Assembly (NCBI GenBank): GCA_027028505.1
Contig: JALVJE010000209.1
Span: 1-56,183, forward strand
Direction: 5' to 3'
Source of the DNA: Bacteroidales bacterium
Lineage (GTDB): Bacteria > Bacteroidota > Bacteroidia > Bacteroidales > VadinHA17
Length of the DNA: 56,183 nucleotides
Below the pieces are notes generated by a model. The model was not told where the DNA came from. It saw nothing but the letters and a program-made list of their open reading frames with translations, and ran no database searches. The position numbers and the translations under genes were made by a program. The stretch's first letter is position 1, and every line of letters starts with the position of its first letter. Positions 8,971-17,800 of this stretch are shown here, one piece after another.

Positions 8971-8978
8971 TATCTTTG
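8971..8978 (+). promoter_or_regulatory. Bacteroidota -7 promoter box for the GH130 gene
   Basis: TATCTTTG lies 33 nt upstream of ATG 9012. Confidence 0.55.
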
Positions 8979-9011
8979 ATCATTGACAAAATGTATAAAA
9001 TCTTTTTCGCC

Positions 9012-10154
9012 ATGAAACGCTTCATCCCGCTCTTCCTCTTCCTCCTGCTCCTTCCCGCCTTTACCGGCTGCCAGACACACAAGCCTGCTGATGGTAGCTC
9101 CTGGGTGCTGGGGCCTTTTGAAAAAGACCTGCGGGACAATCCGGTGCTGGGACCGCTTACCAACGTCTCCTTCCCCGATCCCATCCGCAAGAGCGATGTG
9201 TACTGGGAGGCCAAGGATGTGTTCAATCCTGCCAGTGTGGTGCGGGGCGACACGCTCTTCCTGCTCTTCCGTGCCGAGGATTCTATAGGCCGTTACAACG
9301 GAACCTCCCGCATCGGCCTGGCATACAGCCTGGACGGGGTGCATTTCACAAGAGAGGATCATCCGGTGCTCTATCCGGACCATGATGCCTTTTTCAAATA
9401 CGAATGGGAAGGGGGCTGCGAGGACCCGCGAATCGTGGAGGACGACTCCGGCACTTATTATATGACCTATACAGCTTACAACGGCGACAAAGCCCGTCTC
9501 TTCATAGCCACCTCCCGCGACCTGCGCCACTGGACCAAGCACGGATCGGTGTTCGCCCGGGCCGGAGAGCAATATGTGGACATGTGGTCAAAATCGGGAT
9601 CCATTGTCAGCGAGATGCGGGAGGGCCGTCTCATCGCCGTGAAGATCCACGGGAAATACCGTATGTTCTGGGGAGAGTCCAGCATCTATATGGCCACCTC
9701 GGACGATCTCATCCATTGGGATCCGGTACTGGAGACCGATCCGGCCAAAATGCAGTACGACACCATGCGCCATTATACGGCAGCTTTTAAGATCCTGTTC
9801 ACCACCCGTCGTGGAAAGTTTGACAGTGAGCTGGTGGAGCCGGGCCCCCCGGCTCTCCTCACGGAGCACGGAATCGTCTTTATCTACAACAGCAAGAACA
9901 GCCCGGCTTACGGAGACACATCGTTGCCGGCAGGCACCTACGCCGCCGGGCAGGTGCTGATCGACAAGGACAACCCGGAGAAGGTGATCGACCGCACCGA
10001 CCGGTGGTTCATCGCTCCCGACCAGCCATTCGAGATCACCGGCCAGGTGAACAATGTCTGCTTCGTGGAAGGGCTCTCATTCTTCCATGGAAAGTGGTTC
10101 CTCTATTACGGCACAGCTGATTCGAGGATCGCCGTGGCAACGGCAGAGCAGTGA
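9012..10154 (+). CDS. Glycoside hydrolase family 130 lipoprotein (beta-mannoside-active)
   Basis: Start reassigned to 9012 (MKRFIPLFLFLLLLPAFTGC lipobox). Motifs VFNPA, SRIGLAYSLDG, GCEDPR, KSG, VEPGPP, GQVNNVCFVEGL and YYGTADSRI. Confidence 0.85.
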   Translation: MKRFIPLFLFLLLLPAFTGCQTHKPADGSSWVLGPFEKDLRDNPVLGPLTNVSFPDPIRKSDVYWEAKDVFNPASVVRGDTLFLLFRAEDSIGRYNGTSRIGLAYSLDGVHFTREDHPVLYPDHDAFFKYEWEGGCEDPRIVEDDSGTYYMTYTAYNGDKARLFIATSRDLRHWTKHGSVFARAGEQYVDMWSKSGSIVSEMREGRLIAVKIHGKYRMFWGESSIYMATSDDLIHWDPVLETDPAKMQYDTMRHYTAAFKILFTTRRGKFDSELVEPGPPALLTEHGIVFIYNSKNSPAYGDTSLPAGTYAAGQVLIDKDNPEKVIDRTDRWFIAPDQPFEITGQVNNVCFVEGLSFFHGKWFLYYGTADSRIAVATAEQ

Positions 10155-10157
10155 GGT

Positions 10158-10345
10158 AGTTCATAGTTCATAGTTCAGAGTTCAGAGTTCAGAGTTCAGA
10201 GTTCAGAGTTCACAGTTCACAGTCCCGCAGTTCCCGGGATTTGATCCTGCTGGAACTGCGAGGATCCTCGAAAAACTACGCAAATCAAAGATTTGCTGTT
10301 TTTCGGGATTCACAGTTCAGAGTTCAGAGTATCTGGTTTTGAGTT
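10158..10345. repeat. Composite intergenic repeat: AGTTCA(T/G/C) heptamers plus module D
   Basis: Heptamers begin just after the GH130 stop. Module D at 10222-10309 differs from 5783-5870 at one base. Confidence 0.85.
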
Positions 10346-10407
10346 GGTGGTTGGGGATTTTATTTTCCGCTACCGAAAAAAGAGAAAAATTCTCCTCTCT
10401 GTCAAGA

Positions 10408-12834
10408 TTACTTCTTCACCACCTTCAGCACCTCTTTACGGCCGGGATAACAGAGTTCGAGCAGATAGAGGCCCGGCGCCGGGGGCAGGGTGAAGGAGCA
10501 GGTGGAAGAGGGAATATTGTCAAAGGCTCTGATCTGCCGTCCCTGCAGGTCACGCAGCACCATCCGGTAAGGCACCCTGCCGGGGGCAAACTGCAGGGTC
10601 ACCCTGTCCTCCGACGGATTGGGCCGGACGCTCGCCAGCGGATCGTCACGCCCATCCTGCACGGCCAGGGGACAAGGATACACACAGTTGCTGATCACGG
10701 TGAAACCGTCTTTGGTGATCCTGACAGCATAATGCCCCTCACGCTCGGGAGTAAAAGACTGAGCCGTAGCGCCCCCCATGGGATTGTACAAGAGGTCACA
10801 ATCCAGCCAGCGGTAAACGGCCCCTTCTTCAATGGCAGCCAGATCGCCATAACCTCCCTCACCTCCTGTAAGGCAATAGGCCACTGCTCTTTTATCGAGG
10901 GGGATCAGCGGCTCCACTGAGGGAGGCCAGCCCCTGAAGACCTCCCAAAAGAATACCCTGAAATCATAGTCATTCAGGATCAGATGATCCCGTGCAATCT
11001 CCTGTTTTTCGATGAGCGCAGCGTTGAGGGATGCCGCTTCGTCATCTTTTCTGATGTAATACTCCACATCTTTCTTATAATCCACATTGTCAGACCCTCC
11101 GGAATATCCCACCAGCCGGTATTGTGTCCCGGCGGAGGTACGCTGGTAATCGCTTCCTATCAACTCAATAAGCCTCGTCTCCAGGTCGTAGGCCACGGAA
11201 TCGATGGCCTGTGCCAGGGGTGTGATCTGCGGATCGCCGTCATTGACCCCATTTTTGAGGATGCTGCGGAACAGGACGTTCACGTCGATGGTGGAGGTGG
11301 TACGCTGGCTGTAGCTCTCGTTATGGACCCGTTCTCCCGGCCAGTGGGCGGTGTTCAGAACAGGATCATCATAATAAAAAGAGGTCATGCCAGTCTTGTC
11401 GAGCGTGGCATTATCTCCGGTGAGGATCACCGACCACACAGCATCCTGCAGGTCACCGGTCCAGGGGATCTCCATACGTACGTTCAGAAGGCGGGAGCTG
11501 TCTTTCGTAACCGTTATCTCATCACTCTCTATCGTCTGTTCACCGTCACCGGTAAAGAGTGTGAGCATAAACCTTACCCGGGTATTCCCCTGTGAAGTGA
11601 TCTTTGCCAGGAAATCATATTTTCCCGGTCCGTTGTTCTGCAGGGCGAGCCCTACGTCCTGGCTGATCTTCACCTCTGTGGCGGCCGCATCATTGATGTA
11701 CAGGAAATGATCCTCCCTGCTTACTCCCGGGGTCACCGTGCCCCCCTCGGTCGTCCAGTGCTTCAGTCCCTCCTCAAATCCCGGATTACTGAGCATGTTC
11801 CACCACACATCCGGTCCCGAGGTGATCATCTTCGTGATCTCCGGCCATGCCCACTCCTCCAGGATACCGTTGCCGTTATGGTCTCTTTGTGCATCGTAGA
11901 TGCCTGTACCGCCGTCGAACATCATCAGATACGCCGAGGGGATCCCTCTGTCGATGAACCTGCGCGTGTTGTCCACAGCCATGGGCCAGGCCACCCACAT
12001 CTCGTTATCATCGGTCTTGGAGGCCCAGGCACCACTCCACACCACCTGTTTGGCGGAATCCATGTATTCCCATGCCTGCTGGATGAGACGTACGTTATCG
12101 CGTACATCCGATTTCAGCACATGGAAATCCCACATATACCAGATCCCGGCTTCGGGCGGGATGGGATCAAAATCCCTGGTAATGAACCAGTCGGCTCCCG
12201 GGCCGAAAGGGTTGTCCTTGACATTCTGCGGCGGCACCTTAAAATAGATAATGAGACGGTCGGGATTGGTCTTGCGTATCTCCCGGGTGATCTCCTGATA
12301 ATAGACGGCGATGCGCTGCGGATCGTCATTGTTCACCAGACGCCAGGGTTCCACAAAAAGATCGAAGATGAGACGATGGCTTTTGTCTTTGAAACGATCG
12401 GCCACATAGCCCCACCAGCTCACCATCTTGTCCAGGTCGCCGGGGTTGTCATCCGTCAGACCGACAAAAGTGATGACCACGGCCAGGTTCTTGCTCAGCA
12501 GGTCGTCGATGATATCCTCCAGCTCATTGAGCAGGGCGTCATCGTCAGCATCGTAGGGAGGTCCGTCGGCGATGGCAATTATCATGGGGTTCTTGTCCCC
12601 CTGGTACCGTATACGCACGCTCCTGAAACCGGCCGCCACGATGCTGTCGCCATAGGCAGGACGGTAGGGCGCCGAGACCCCCAGGTCTACACCGCCCGAC
12701 TCCGGCTCAAACAGAATACCCTTATCCAGCATGGTTACGGCCGTCACCGGCGACACCGGCGGATCCGGCGGCTGAGCCATCATACCAACCTGAAAGCAGA
12801 GCAGAAGAAGAATATAGAGGAGGTCTTTTTTCAT
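10408..12834 (-). CDS. T9SS-secreted multidomain protein: GH5-like TIM barrel, CBM4/9-like module, helical domain of unknown type, Ig-like module, T9SS CTD
   Basis: Signal peptide; GFRSVRI, W..VADRFKD...LIFDLFVEP, IRKTNPDRLII and DFH follow the GH5 motif order; NPGFEEG starts a CBM-like module; C-terminus VRPNPS...LRDLQGRQI...PGLYLL...KVVKK is a T9SS CTD. Confidence 0.7.
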   Translation of the reverse strand: MKKDLLYILLLLCFQVGMMAQPPDPPVSPVTAVTMLDKGILFEPESGGVDLGVSAPYRPAYGDSIVAAGFRSVRIRYQGDKNPMIIAIADGPPYDADDDALLNELEDIIDDLLSKNLAVVITFVGLTDDNPGDLDKMVSWWGYVADRFKDKSHRLIFDLFVEPWRLVNNDDPQRIAVYYQEITREIRKTNPDRLIIYFKVPPQNVKDNPFGPGADWFITRDFDPIPPEAGIWYMWDFHVLKSDVRDNVRLIQQAWEYMDSAKQVVWSGAWASKTDDNEMWVAWPMAVDNTRRFIDRGIPSAYLMMFDGGTGIYDAQRDHNGNGILEEWAWPEITKMITSGPDVWWNMLSNPGFEEGLKHWTTEGGTVTPGVSREDHFLYINDAAATEVKISQDVGLALQNNGPGKYDFLAKITSQGNTRVRFMLTLFTGDGEQTIESDEITVTKDSSRLLNVRMEIPWTGDLQDAVWSVILTGDNATLDKTGMTSFYYDDPVLNTAHWPGERVHNESYSQRTTSTIDVNVLFRSILKNGVNDGDPQITPLAQAIDSVAYDLETRLIELIGSDYQRTSAGTQYRLVGYSGGSDNVDYKKDVEYYIRKDDEAASLNAALIEKQEIARDHLILNDYDFRVFFWEVFRGWPPSVEPLIPLDKRAVAYCLTGGEGGYGDLAAIEEGAVYRWLDCDLLYNPMGGATAQSFTPEREGHYAVRITKDGFTVISNCVYPCPLAVQDGRDDPLASVRPNPSEDRVTLQFAPGRVPYRMVLRDLQGRQIRAFDNIPSSTCSFTLPPAPGLYLLELCYPGRKEVLKVVKK

Positions 12835-12859
12835 GAGGTTAATATATCCAGGAATAATG

Positions 12860-13075
12860 GTTTCAGGTTTCAGGTTTCAGGTTTCAGGTTTCAGGTTTCA
12901 GGTTTCAGGTTTCAAGTTTCAAGTTTCAGGTTTCAGGTTTCAGGTTCCAGGTTCCAGGTTTGTGGTTGGTGGTTGGTAGTTGGGAGTTTACCCATCAATC
13001 CATTATTCCATTATTCCAACATTCCTTTTGCCTTATTACTTATTACTTTTTACTTTTTATCCTTTCCGCCAGTGC
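12860..13075. repeat. Heptamer VNTR (GTTTCAG x14 with variants) followed by GGTTGGT, TCCATTAT and TTACTTA/TTACTTT tracts
   Basis: 14 contiguous units at 12860-12957 (10 GTTTCAG, 2 GTTTCAA, 2 GTTCCAG). Confidence 0.9.
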
Positions 13076-14158
13076 TTTCCCGAACCGGGCGGCGCCTTCC
13101 ACGCTCAGGTGCACTTTATTTTTCGGTGACTTAAAGAGATCATCAGGTCCGGTGAGGGCTGCCCCGTTGATATAATGGATGTGCCGGTCGCCGGCCGCCA
13201 TAAAAGACTGTACCACCTCCTGCTGTACCTTGCGCCAGTCGTCAAAGTTCAGGGGATGTCCCTTCTTGTCTGTTTTCTTTTCGGTATAGGTCTGTCCCAG
13301 CACAAAGAGGGTTGTCTCCGGATGGCCCTGGCGCACGGTCCCGATGAAGCTCTTCAGCCGCTGCCGGTAGGTAGCCGTATCGATCCCCTGAAAGACCGCA
13401 TCGTTAAAGCCGATCAGGATGGTCATAAAATCTATGGGACTTTTGATCTCATCTGCTATCATGCGGGCCATGGCCACAGAGGTCCTGGAGCCTCCCACGG
13501 CGAGGTTGTACAGGTCCCAACCCATTTCCCGCGCCAGGATCCAGGGATAGGTCTGATCGCCTGTACGCTGGCCCTGTCCGTGCGTGATAGAGTTGCCATA
13601 AGCTATGTAAACAGGTTTTTTCGTCACCGGCAGGGGAAGCAGCTTACCGCTGCCGCCGGTGAGCTCCAGCCTCTCCAGCGCCAGATGGGCGAAGGTGGGC
13701 AGCACCACCGTATAGGTATGATACCCCTTCCCCGGCGCCTGTACCTCCAGAGAGAAGAGACTGTCGCCGGAGCTGGTAAGATCTTCCCTTTTTTGCTTCA
13801 GCATGCCCACGGAGTCGCCGTCAACATACAAAGAGAAATAAAGCATAAAGTCGTTCCTGCCCGGCAGCATCCTGAAAAAAAGATCCGTTTTTTGGGCATC
13901 CGTCTTAAAAGAGATCCTGATGCCGGAGGTGGTACGGGCGTTGCGGGGGTTAACCTGTGAGATATTGGTCCGCAGTGCCAGAAAAGCATCGCTGTGACGC
14001 TGGAAAATGACCAGCGAATCACTTATCCTGTTAAAAAACGCTCCCCCGTAACGGATCGCAGGGTCATCCGGACGGATCAGGGACTGTCCCGCAACAGCGA
14101 CCGTAACTGCAAATAAAAGGAAGCTCAGAAGATGTTTCTCCCTGCTCATACCTTTCAC
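13043..14158 (-). CDS. Secreted SGNH/GDSL esterase
   Basis: Signal peptide; block I YGNSITHG, NLAVGG, IGFND and C-terminal HLSVEG. The GTG start overlaps the upstream sulfatase TGA (alternative ATG at 14149). Confidence 0.8.
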   Translation of the reverse strand: MKGMSREKHLLSFLLFAVTVAVAGQSLIRPDDPAIRYGGAFFNRISDSLVIFQRHSDAFLALRTNISQVNPRNARTTSGIRISFKTDAQKTDLFFRMLPGRNDFMLYFSLYVDGDSVGMLKQKREDLTSSGDSLFSLEVQAPGKGYHTYTVVLPTFAHLALERLELTGGSGKLLPLPVTKKPVYIAYGNSITHGQGQRTGDQTYPWILAREMGWDLYNLAVGGSRTSVAMARMIADEIKSPIDFMTILIGFNDAVFQGIDTATYRQRLKSFIGTVRQGHPETTLFVLGQTYTEKKTDKKGHPLNFDDWRKVQQEVVQSFMAAGDRHIHYINGAALTGPDDLFKSPKNKVHLSVEGAARFGKALAERIKSKK

Positions 14159-15900
14159 TCGATTATAGTATTGACACTATGCTTTTTGGTGGATGTGTTC
14201 CTGAAGAACTTTTTCTTCACCACTGCACTTTCCCTGTAACCGATGCGCTGGGCCATGACATAGAGATATTTCCCGCGCGGCACACGCAAAGGCTTGTAAT
14301 AGACCTGCCATCCTGCATTGAGGTCCGGATTGAAATCCTTATTACTGATGAGATAGGCAATGGAAGCCCCTTCTGTTTTGCAGGAGAGGGTGATCTCTTT
14401 GCCTTTTACAGTTATTTTGGGTTTCTGCGTCACCGGTTGTTTCCCGCCGGGCCACATCTTCAGGAACATCTCTTTCTCCGGTGTCGCAGCCATATCCCCT
14501 GTGGCGGCCAGCCATTCATCCATGGCCTTCCGCATCTCCTCCAGCTTGCCGGAGAGAGAAGGATCATCGATGATATTGTGCACATTCTCCGGATCCTTTT
14601 CACAGTCGTACAGCTCTTCCGGCATTTTATACAGGCGGAACCAATAGTTCTGGGCAGTGGTGAGCCGCCCCATTTTCAGGAGATAGAGCATATCCCGCAT
14701 CATAGGGATATTTTTACGATAGGCAATATCCTTGTACCCCGGCAATTCGGGGTGATAGTTCCTCACGTACAGATAGCGGTGATCTCTTACTACGCGGTTG
14801 CGGTCGGTGTGCTCATCGAAACGGTCGCCCGTACCGAAAATATATTTCCGCTGTTCTTTTACCCGCTGGGGCCCCATGAAAGCACGCCCCTGCATATAGT
14901 CCGGGATCTTCACGCCTGCGATGGAGAGCATGGTGGGTGCCAGGTCCACAAAGGAGATAAGCGCATCCACCCGGCCGTTCTTCACCCAGGAAGGATCGAC
15001 CCCGTATTTTTTCCGGTATTGTTTGGGTATGCGGACGATGAAAGGCACGCGCAGTCCCGAATCGTAATTGAGGCGTTTGCCGCGGGGCAGCGGACCGCCG
15101 TGATCACTGAAAAAGAAAATGATCGTGTTGTTGTACTCCCCTGCCCTTTTCAAGGCTTTGATCATTTCCCCTATTTGCTTGTCCAGCACTTCGATATTGG
15201 AATAGTTCCGGGCCACGTCGGTACGCACGATCGAATCGTCGGGAAAGTAGGAAGGCAGGGGAACCACCTCCGGCGAGACCGTCTGGGGCTTGTCTGCCCT
15301 TTTCCAGATCTGTGACTCATGGGTCACATTGTGATTGTACACCGAAAAGAAAGGCATATCCCAGGGAGCATGTTTCCATTCGGCTTTGGTGTTGTTCTCA
15401 TCCCAGGCCGTCACCGGGGCCGCGAACTGGTAGTCGGTCTTTTGGTTGTTGGTACAGTAATACCCTCCCTCCCGCATATATTCAGTAAAACACTTCACCT
15501 GGGGCGGAATGACGGCACTGTAAAAAGGCACCGTATCCCCGTTGATATCCACATGGTTGCTCTTCCCGGAATACTCCCTTTTCCCCCACGACATCACATC
15601 ATGGGCGGTACGCATGTGCATGGTACCGATAGAGGTGGGATACATCCCTGTGATGATCGAGGAGCGGCTGGGGGCACATACGGCCACCACCGCAAAGACA
15701 TTGTCAAAGACCAGACCCTCGGCAGCTAGCTTATCCAGGTTGGGCGTGTGCGCCGTAGAGTCGCCGTACATAGAGAGCGTAGGACTGATATCCTCACAGG
15801 TAAGCCACAGGATATTGGGTCGCCTGCTCTGGGCAAACAGACCGGAAAACATCATCACCATCATCCCCAGCAAAAAGATCTTTCTCATCATTTTCTGCAT
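14155..15900 (-). CDS. Cys-type formylglycine-dependent S1 sulfatase with a C-terminal FN3/chitobiase-like domain
   Basis: RPNILWLTCEDISP, CAPSRSSIITG (CxPxR), SDHG, DLAPTMLSIAG and PEELYD; signal peptide. Confidence 0.9.
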   Translation of the reverse strand: MQKMMRKIFLLGMMVMMFSGLFAQSRRPNILWLTCEDISPTLSMYGDSTAHTPNLDKLAAEGLVFDNVFAVVAVCAPSRSSIITGMYPTSIGTMHMRTAHDVMSWGKREYSGKSNHVDINGDTVPFYSAVIPPQVKCFTEYMREGGYYCTNNQKTDYQFAAPVTAWDENNTKAEWKHAPWDMPFFSVYNHNVTHESQIWKRADKPQTVSPEVVPLPSYFPDDSIVRTDVARNYSNIEVLDKQIGEMIKALKRAGEYNNTIIFFFSDHGGPLPRGKRLNYDSGLRVPFIVRIPKQYRKKYGVDPSWVKNGRVDALISFVDLAPTMLSIAGVKIPDYMQGRAFMGPQRVKEQRKYIFGTGDRFDEHTDRNRVVRDHRYLYVRNYHPELPGYKDIAYRKNIPMMRDMLYLLKMGRLTTAQNYWFRLYKMPEELYDCEKDPENVHNIIDDPSLSGKLEEMRKAMDEWLAATGDMAATPEKEMFLKMWPGGKQPVTQKPKITVKGKEITLSCKTEGASIAYLISNKDFNPDLNAGWQVYYKPLRVPRGKYLYVMAQRIGYRESAVVKKKFFRNTSTKKHSVNTIIE

Positions 15901-15925
15901 TTTACATCAAACATCTGTTCATTAT

Positions 15926-15933
15926 ACAAAGAT
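15926..15933 (-). promoter_or_regulatory. Bacteroidota -7 promoter box for the sulfatase-SGNH pair
   Basis: CAAAGATA reads TATCTTTG on the minus strand, about 26 nt upstream of ATG 15900; coordinates approximate to within 2 nt. Confidence 0.5.
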
Positions 15934-16156
15934 AATGTTTTCATTTCTATTCCTTTCCGGAAAATGTTAACAGTTCTTCCGGTTGCTGTAAAAACAACAT
16001 TTTTCCCCTCTCCCACTGTAAAGGGGAGTCTTGTTTTTACCCCGCACACCATCAGAAAAGACATCAACCGGTCCGGGGTGTATCTCTGTCCTGCCGGATC
16101 GTCCGCAGATCACAGATGACCAGGGACAGAGAGGTTGTCCCCACCAGCGGGCCGGG

Positions 16157-17755
16157 TTAGTTTATACTTCCGAAATCCTTATCCGTGATCTCCCTGAACT
16201 CCTCCAGGCTGCCCGTATCTTTCACCTGCACCATGAGCTTTTCCAGCTCTGTTTTCAGGCTGTCAAACAAATGGGCATACGCAGGATCACCGGCCACATT
16301 GTTCAGCTCATCGGGATCTTTCTGCAGGTCATACAGCTCCCACACATCTATGTTGTAATAAAAATGTGCGATCTTATATCTCTCCGTACGCATCCCGTAA
16401 TGGGGCTGTACATGATGCCAGAAAGGCCATTCGTAATAATGGTAATACACCTTTTTCCTCCAGGGTACATCTTTCCCCTCGATGACCTCGCGGAAGCTCG
16501 TCCCCTGCACCTCTGCCGGCGCTTTGATCCCGGCAAAGTCAAGGAAGGTAGGTGCAAAATCAACATTGGAGATGAGGGTCCTGTTCACCACCCCTTTAGG
16601 CAACTCGGCCGGGTAGCGCATCAGGAAAGGCATCCGGAAGGAGGGCTCGTAGATGAACCTTTTATCAAAGAACCCGTGGTCGCCCAGGTAAAAGCCCTGA
16701 TCAGCGGTATAAACCACTACCGTATTATCGGCCAGACCGTTCTTGTCCAGGAAATCCAGCACCCGTCCTACCTGGTTGTCCACCGACTTCACGCAGGCCA
16801 GATAATCCTTGATGAAACGCTGGTATTTCCATTTGCGGGCCTCTTCAATGGTCTTGCATCCGGGGGGCATCCAGGCCTCTCCTTTTTTATTGCCATAGGT
16901 ATACCATTTCTGAAGCTCTTTTCCTTTCAGTCCGGGCGGAGGGGTCAGTTTCATATCCTTGCGGTTGAGATAATCCATGGTCATCCAGGTATCCCCGGCA
17001 GTCTTCTCCCGCGTCTTGTAATCATCATTGAACGTGGGAGGATAGGGCATGTCCGTATCGGGATACATATTCCGGTAGATCGAATCGGGCTCCCAGTTGC
17101 GGTGCGGCGCCTTGAAATGCAGCAAGAGCAGGAAGGGTTTTCCGGAATCTTTCACGCGGTTGAGCCAGGCCAGGGCCGTATCGGCCGTGATATTGGTGGC
17201 ATAGCCTTTAACATGTACCTGCTTCCCGTTGTAATCATACACCGGGTTCCAGTAATATCCCTGTTGTCCGGGGTTGTTGTGGTACATGAAGAAATCAAAG
17301 CCGCGGGGGCGTGTTCCCAGATGCCATTTTCCCACCATGGCCGTAGTGTAGCCGTGGCGGTGCAGTTCCTGGGGAAAGGTCCACTGGTCGGGGTTGAACC
17401 GCCCGCCGCTCTCATTCTTATAATAGCCGTTCTCATGACTGTATTTTCCGGTGATGATGATCGCCCGGCTGGGTCCGCAGATGGCATTGGCACAGTAGAC
17501 ATTGTCAAAACGAATGCCCTCCTTTGCGATCCTGTCGATATTGGGCGTCGGAAAATACTTGGCATAACGGTCATTGTAGGCGCTGATGGCCTGCGTCGTA
17601 TGATCATCCGCCATGATGTAGATGATGTTGGGACGCTGATCCGTTTGGGTAACCTCTTTTTTCTTCGTAGCACACGAAGTAAAAAAAGGCACAAGCAGCA
17701 AAAGCCACAGCCAGGAAGCTGTGATGTTCCGGGAAAAGTGATAATTTGATCTCAT
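16157..17755 (-). CDS. Cys-type S1 sulfatase lipoprotein, N-acetylglucosamine-6-sulfatase-like
   Basis: Lipobox FFTSC; RPNIIYIMADDH, ICGPSRAIIITG, GKWHLG, HFKAPHR, YTADQGFYLGDHG and WELYDLQKDP. Confidence 0.9.
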   Translation of the reverse strand: MRSNYHFSRNITASWLWLLLLVPFFTSCATKKKEVTQTDQRPNIIYIMADDHTTQAISAYNDRYAKYFPTPNIDRIAKEGIRFDNVYCANAICGPSRAIIITGKYSHENGYYKNESGGRFNPDQWTFPQELHRHGYTTAMVGKWHLGTRPRGFDFFMYHNNPGQQGYYWNPVYDYNGKQVHVKGYATNITADTALAWLNRVKDSGKPFLLLLHFKAPHRNWEPDSIYRNMYPDTDMPYPPTFNDDYKTREKTAGDTWMTMDYLNRKDMKLTPPPGLKGKELQKWYTYGNKKGEAWMPPGCKTIEEARKWKYQRFIKDYLACVKSVDNQVGRVLDFLDKNGLADNTVVVYTADQGFYLGDHGFFDKRFIYEPSFRMPFLMRYPAELPKGVVNRTLISNVDFAPTFLDFAGIKAPAEVQGTSFREVIEGKDVPWRKKVYYHYYEWPFWHHVQPHYGMRTERYKIAHFYYNIDVWELYDLQKDPDELNNVAGDPAYAHLFDSLKTELEKLMVQVKDTGSLEEFREITDKDFGSIN

Positions 17756-17800
17756 GATGTTTTGATGATATTAATTTTTTGTAAGTAAGAAAAAAATATT

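Noticed and set aside
11707-13134. 475-aa plus-strand ORF ending in FRFQVSG repeats
   Set aside because: Antisense to the T9SS gene, then running through the GTTTCAG VNTR.
16083-16132. Imperfect hairpin TCTCTGTCCTG...CAGGGACAGAGA downstream of the sulfatase
   Set aside because: Single copy with a long loop and no U-tract; not enough evidence for a terminator or ncRNA.
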